Part shown: positions 27,298-28,576 of the stretch, piece by piece
Layout: every line of letters starts with the position of its first letter
Position numbering within the stretch: the stretch's first letter is position 1
Source: a virus
Taxonomy: Duplodnaviria > Caudoviricetes
Strand: one strand, 5' to 3'
IMG/VR virus record: IMGVR_UViG_3300032086_000436
Coordinates: 1-28,576 of that record
Length of the DNA stretch: 28,576 nucleotides
The notes under the pieces: model-generated
Seen by the model: only the letters and a program-made list of their open reading frames with translations
What the model was told of the DNA's origin: nothing
The model's database searches: none
Made by a program: the position numbers and the translations under genes

Positions 27298-27851
27298 AAG
27301 AACTAAAACTAATACCACCGACAGATGTAAGAGTCAAAAATGCAATCGCACCTTTTAATGATGAGATGTTAAAAGATGAAGGATTTGAAAACAGAAAAGA
27401 ACTAGCTGACGCTATGTTTAATACAATGCAAAAAAGTGGTGGTATAGGCCTAACTTGTAATCAAGTTGGTTTACCTTTTAACTTCTTTGTTTTAGGTGGA
27501 CATCCTGAGATAGAAAAGGGTATGAGATTAGATTGTTTTAATCCTATGATTATTTCATCTAGTGAGGATAAAGTTATGATGAAAGAGGGTTGTCTAACTT
27601 ATCCATTTGTTTTTTTAAACATTAAACGACCACGTAAAGTAGTTGTTAAATATGAAGACGTTGATGGCAACTTACAAGAAGGCCATTTAGACGGACTAAT
27701 GAGTAGAATATTCCAACATGAATATGACCATATATTGGGAAGAACTTTTTTAGAACATGCAAGTAAATTAAAGGTAGATAGAGCATTTGCAAAAGCTAAG
27801 AAAGAGTTTGAAAGATGGAACAAAAACAATGCCTCAGTACAAAATACATAA
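27294..27851 (+). CDS. def: Peptide deformylase
   Basis: Motif 1 GIGLTCNQVG, motif 2 EGCLT, motif 3 QHEYDH. Confidence 0.93.
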   Translation: MKELKLIPPTDVRVKNAIAPFNDEMLKDEGFENRKELADAMFNTMQKSGGIGLTCNQVGLPFNFFVLGGHPEIEKGMRLDCFNPMIISSSEDKVMMKEGCLTYPFVFLNIKRPRKVVVKYEDVDGNLQEGHLDGLMSRIFQHEYDHILGRTFLEHASKLKVDRAFAKAKKEFERWNKNNASVQNT

Positions 27852-28449
27852 TTTATTTCCAACAGTATTATACGAAGATCATATAGATGTAAAACCAGAG
27901 TATATGAACGCAGCTAAAGAGTTCAAATACGAAAGAATGGAATCTGATAATGGTTGGTATACTAAAGACAAGTATGTTTTAAATCATAAAAAATTAAAAG
28001 AATTAAAAACATCAATTATTGAAAACGTTGAAAGATATTGTTATGGTTATTATAAAGTAAAAACAAATGCTAAGATTGATATACTAAATTCATGGATTAA
28101 TATACATGAACCAAATGATTGGGGGCAAAGTCATATACATGGTAACTCAATATTAAGTGGTGTTTATTATATGAATACACCACCAGAATCAGGTGATATA
28201 AGTTTCAATAGACCAATGACAGCTTCTATGCCTTTTAGTACAATGTTTCATATGGATTATTCAGAAATTAATATGGTGAATTGTGATAATTACAAAGTAA
28301 CACCTAGTCAAGGAATGTTAGTGATATTTCCTAGTTGGTTGCAACATGCTATAACACGTAATAATACAAAAGAAGATAGATATTCTCTAGCTTTTAATGT
28401 ATATTTTAGGGGTATGATAGGTGAAGATGAACACGAAATATCCATGTAA
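27829..28449 (+). CDS. TIGR02466-like DSBH/2OG-Fe(II) oxygenase (HxH...H)
   Basis: LFPTVLY, NSWINIH...QSHIHGNSILSGVYY, SGDISF, LVIFPSWLQHAI...RYSLAFN; likely start ATG at 27829. Confidence 0.87.
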   Translation: MPQYKIHNLFPTVLYEDHIDVKPEYMNAAKEFKYERMESDNGWYTKDKYVLNHKKLKELKTSIIENVERYCYGYYKVKTNAKIDILNSWINIHEPNDWGQSHIHGNSILSGVYYMNTPPESGDISFNRPMTASMPFSTMFHMDYSEINMVNCDNYKVTPSQGMLVIFPSWLQHAITRNNTKEDRYSLAFNVYFRGMIGEDEHEISM

Positions 28450-28451
28450 CC

Positions 28452-28480
28452 TTGACATTTTTTAAATTTTAGTATATTAT
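28452..28480 (+). promoter_or_regulatory. Sigma70-type promoter
   Basis: TTGACA-N17-TATTAT immediately after the upstream stop. Confidence 0.75.
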
Positions 28481-28486
28481 ATAATT

Positions 28487-28576
28487 ATGGGATATTCGTG
28501 GAATAAAGATATGTCAATTGATGACCAATGGCAGAGTTGGCAAGACAATACAGATTTAACTAAAATACCAGACATA
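28487..28576 (+). CDS. Hypothetical protein, 3'-truncated (MGYSWNKDMSIDDQWQSWQDNTDLTKIPDI...)
   Basis: ATG 6 nt after the -10 box; frame is open to the window end. Confidence 0.6.
   Translation, partial: MGYSWNKDMSIDDQWQSWQDNTDLTKIPDI

Noticed and set aside
4111-27862. Other short minus-strand or nested ORFs in the track (e.g. 4446-4787, 9659-9985, 12178-12492, 15601-15900, 20286-20480, 27599-27862)
   Set aside because: They lie within well-supported genes and have no independent signals.
1-28576. CRISPR array, DGR or stop-codon reassignment
   Set aside because: No spaced nucleotide repeats or reverse transcriptase seen; fibre repeat differences are synonymous and not adenine-specific; TAA, TAG (gp17) and TGA (gp55) all end genes at expected positions.

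Overview
AT-rich segment of a T4-like myovirus genome. Gene content and order resemble marine non-cyanobacterial T4-like phages such as pelagiphage-type myoviruses; the host is inferred, not shown. On the + strand: the 3' part of a repetitive Thr/Gly-rich fibre gene, gp13-14-15-16, gp17, tRNA-Thr(TGT), gp18-19-20, four small head-region genes, gp21-22-23, gp3, uvsY, uvsW, gp55, gp47, gp46, peptide deformylase and a partial ORF. Unusual features: (1) nine diverged 2OG-Fe(II)/DSBH dioxygenase-like genes slotted singly or in pairs between core genes, mostly with overlapping start/stop codons; (2) a lone minus-strand porin-like gene with a signal peptide between the tRNA and gp18; (3) a ParB/Srx-like ORF within the terminase pair; (4) a perfect sigma70 promoter pointing antisense towards uvsW; (5) three sigma70 promoters placed to give leaderless or near-leaderless mRNAs; (6) perfect palindromes and hairpins in late-gene leaders. 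Family assignments come from motifs and synteny only; no database search was run.
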